NCBI RefSeq assembly: GCF_058153355.1
Contig: NZ_CM177019.1
Reading direction: 5' to 3' (one strand)
DNA: 64,000 bases
Part shown: positions 63,876 through 64,000 of the stretch, in pieces
How positions within the stretch are numbered: position 1 is the first letter of the stretch
How the letters are laid out: each line of letters begins with the position of its first letter
Position numbers and translations under genes: made by a program
The notes under the pieces: generated by a model
Database searches by the model: none
What the model was told of the DNA's origin: nothing
The model's input: only the letters and a program-made list of their open reading frames with translations

Positions 63876-64000
63876 TTATTCCTTCGCCGCTGACGAATGC
63901 GGCGCTACAGCCACGTCAGTCGCGGGTGAAAGCTGGTTTTCCAGTCGCTTTATTTTACGTTCAGCGCGCGCCAGGGAAACACGAACTCGCAGCCAGAACA
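63876..64000 (-). CDS. lapA: LPS assembly protein LapA (YciS), C-terminal part only (gene starts beyond the window end)
   Basis: Minus-strand frame reads ...ARAERKIKRLENQLSPATDVAVAPHSSAAKE* with stop at 63876-63878, 7 bp upstream of lapB; gene identity inferred from position. Confidence 0.65.
   Translation of the reverse strand, partial: FWLRVRVSLARAERKIKRLENQLSPATDVAVAPHSSAAKE

Overview
This window is an Escherichia coli-type chromosomal segment, in reverse-complement orientation relative to the K-12 map (roughly the pyrF–tyrR–mppA region). Nearly all genes were recognised from the translated ORFs; gene order is mppA' – ycjZ – two tandem ycjY-family hydrolase genes (second frameshifted) – ymjC-like – mpaA – ycjG – tpx – [orphan 684-aa ORF] – tyrR – ycjF – ycjX – ycjW – ompG – ycjVUTSRQPONM – pspEDCBA / pspF – puuEBCRD / puuAP – ymjA – sapABCDF – [TetR/MFP/RND/OMF/MFS efflux cluster] – fabI – yciW – rnb – pdeR – yciZ – yciT – osmB – yciH – pyrF – lapB – lapA'. 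Two segments look accessory relative to the K-12 layout as I remember it. The main candidate for an undescribed system is a single 2.05-kb ORF (684 aa, no motif I can recognise) with its own flanking hairpins, sitting in the tyrR/tpx convergent spacer that is only tens of bp long in K-12. The second is a 7.5-kb co-directional TetR–RND tripartite efflux operon plus MFS pump between sapF and fabI, where K-12 has only the small gene ycjD. Smaller observations: a 13-G homopolymer frameshift, a perfect 51-bp tandem duplication at the fabI 3' end, a 17-bp exact repeat at two ycj operon positions, imperfect direct repeats flanking the ycjZ–ymjC block, and palindromic candidate operators in the efflux cluster. 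No rRNA, tRNA, CRISPR array, IS element or integrase was seen. All homology statements come from reading the translations and from memory of E. coli genes; no database search was run.
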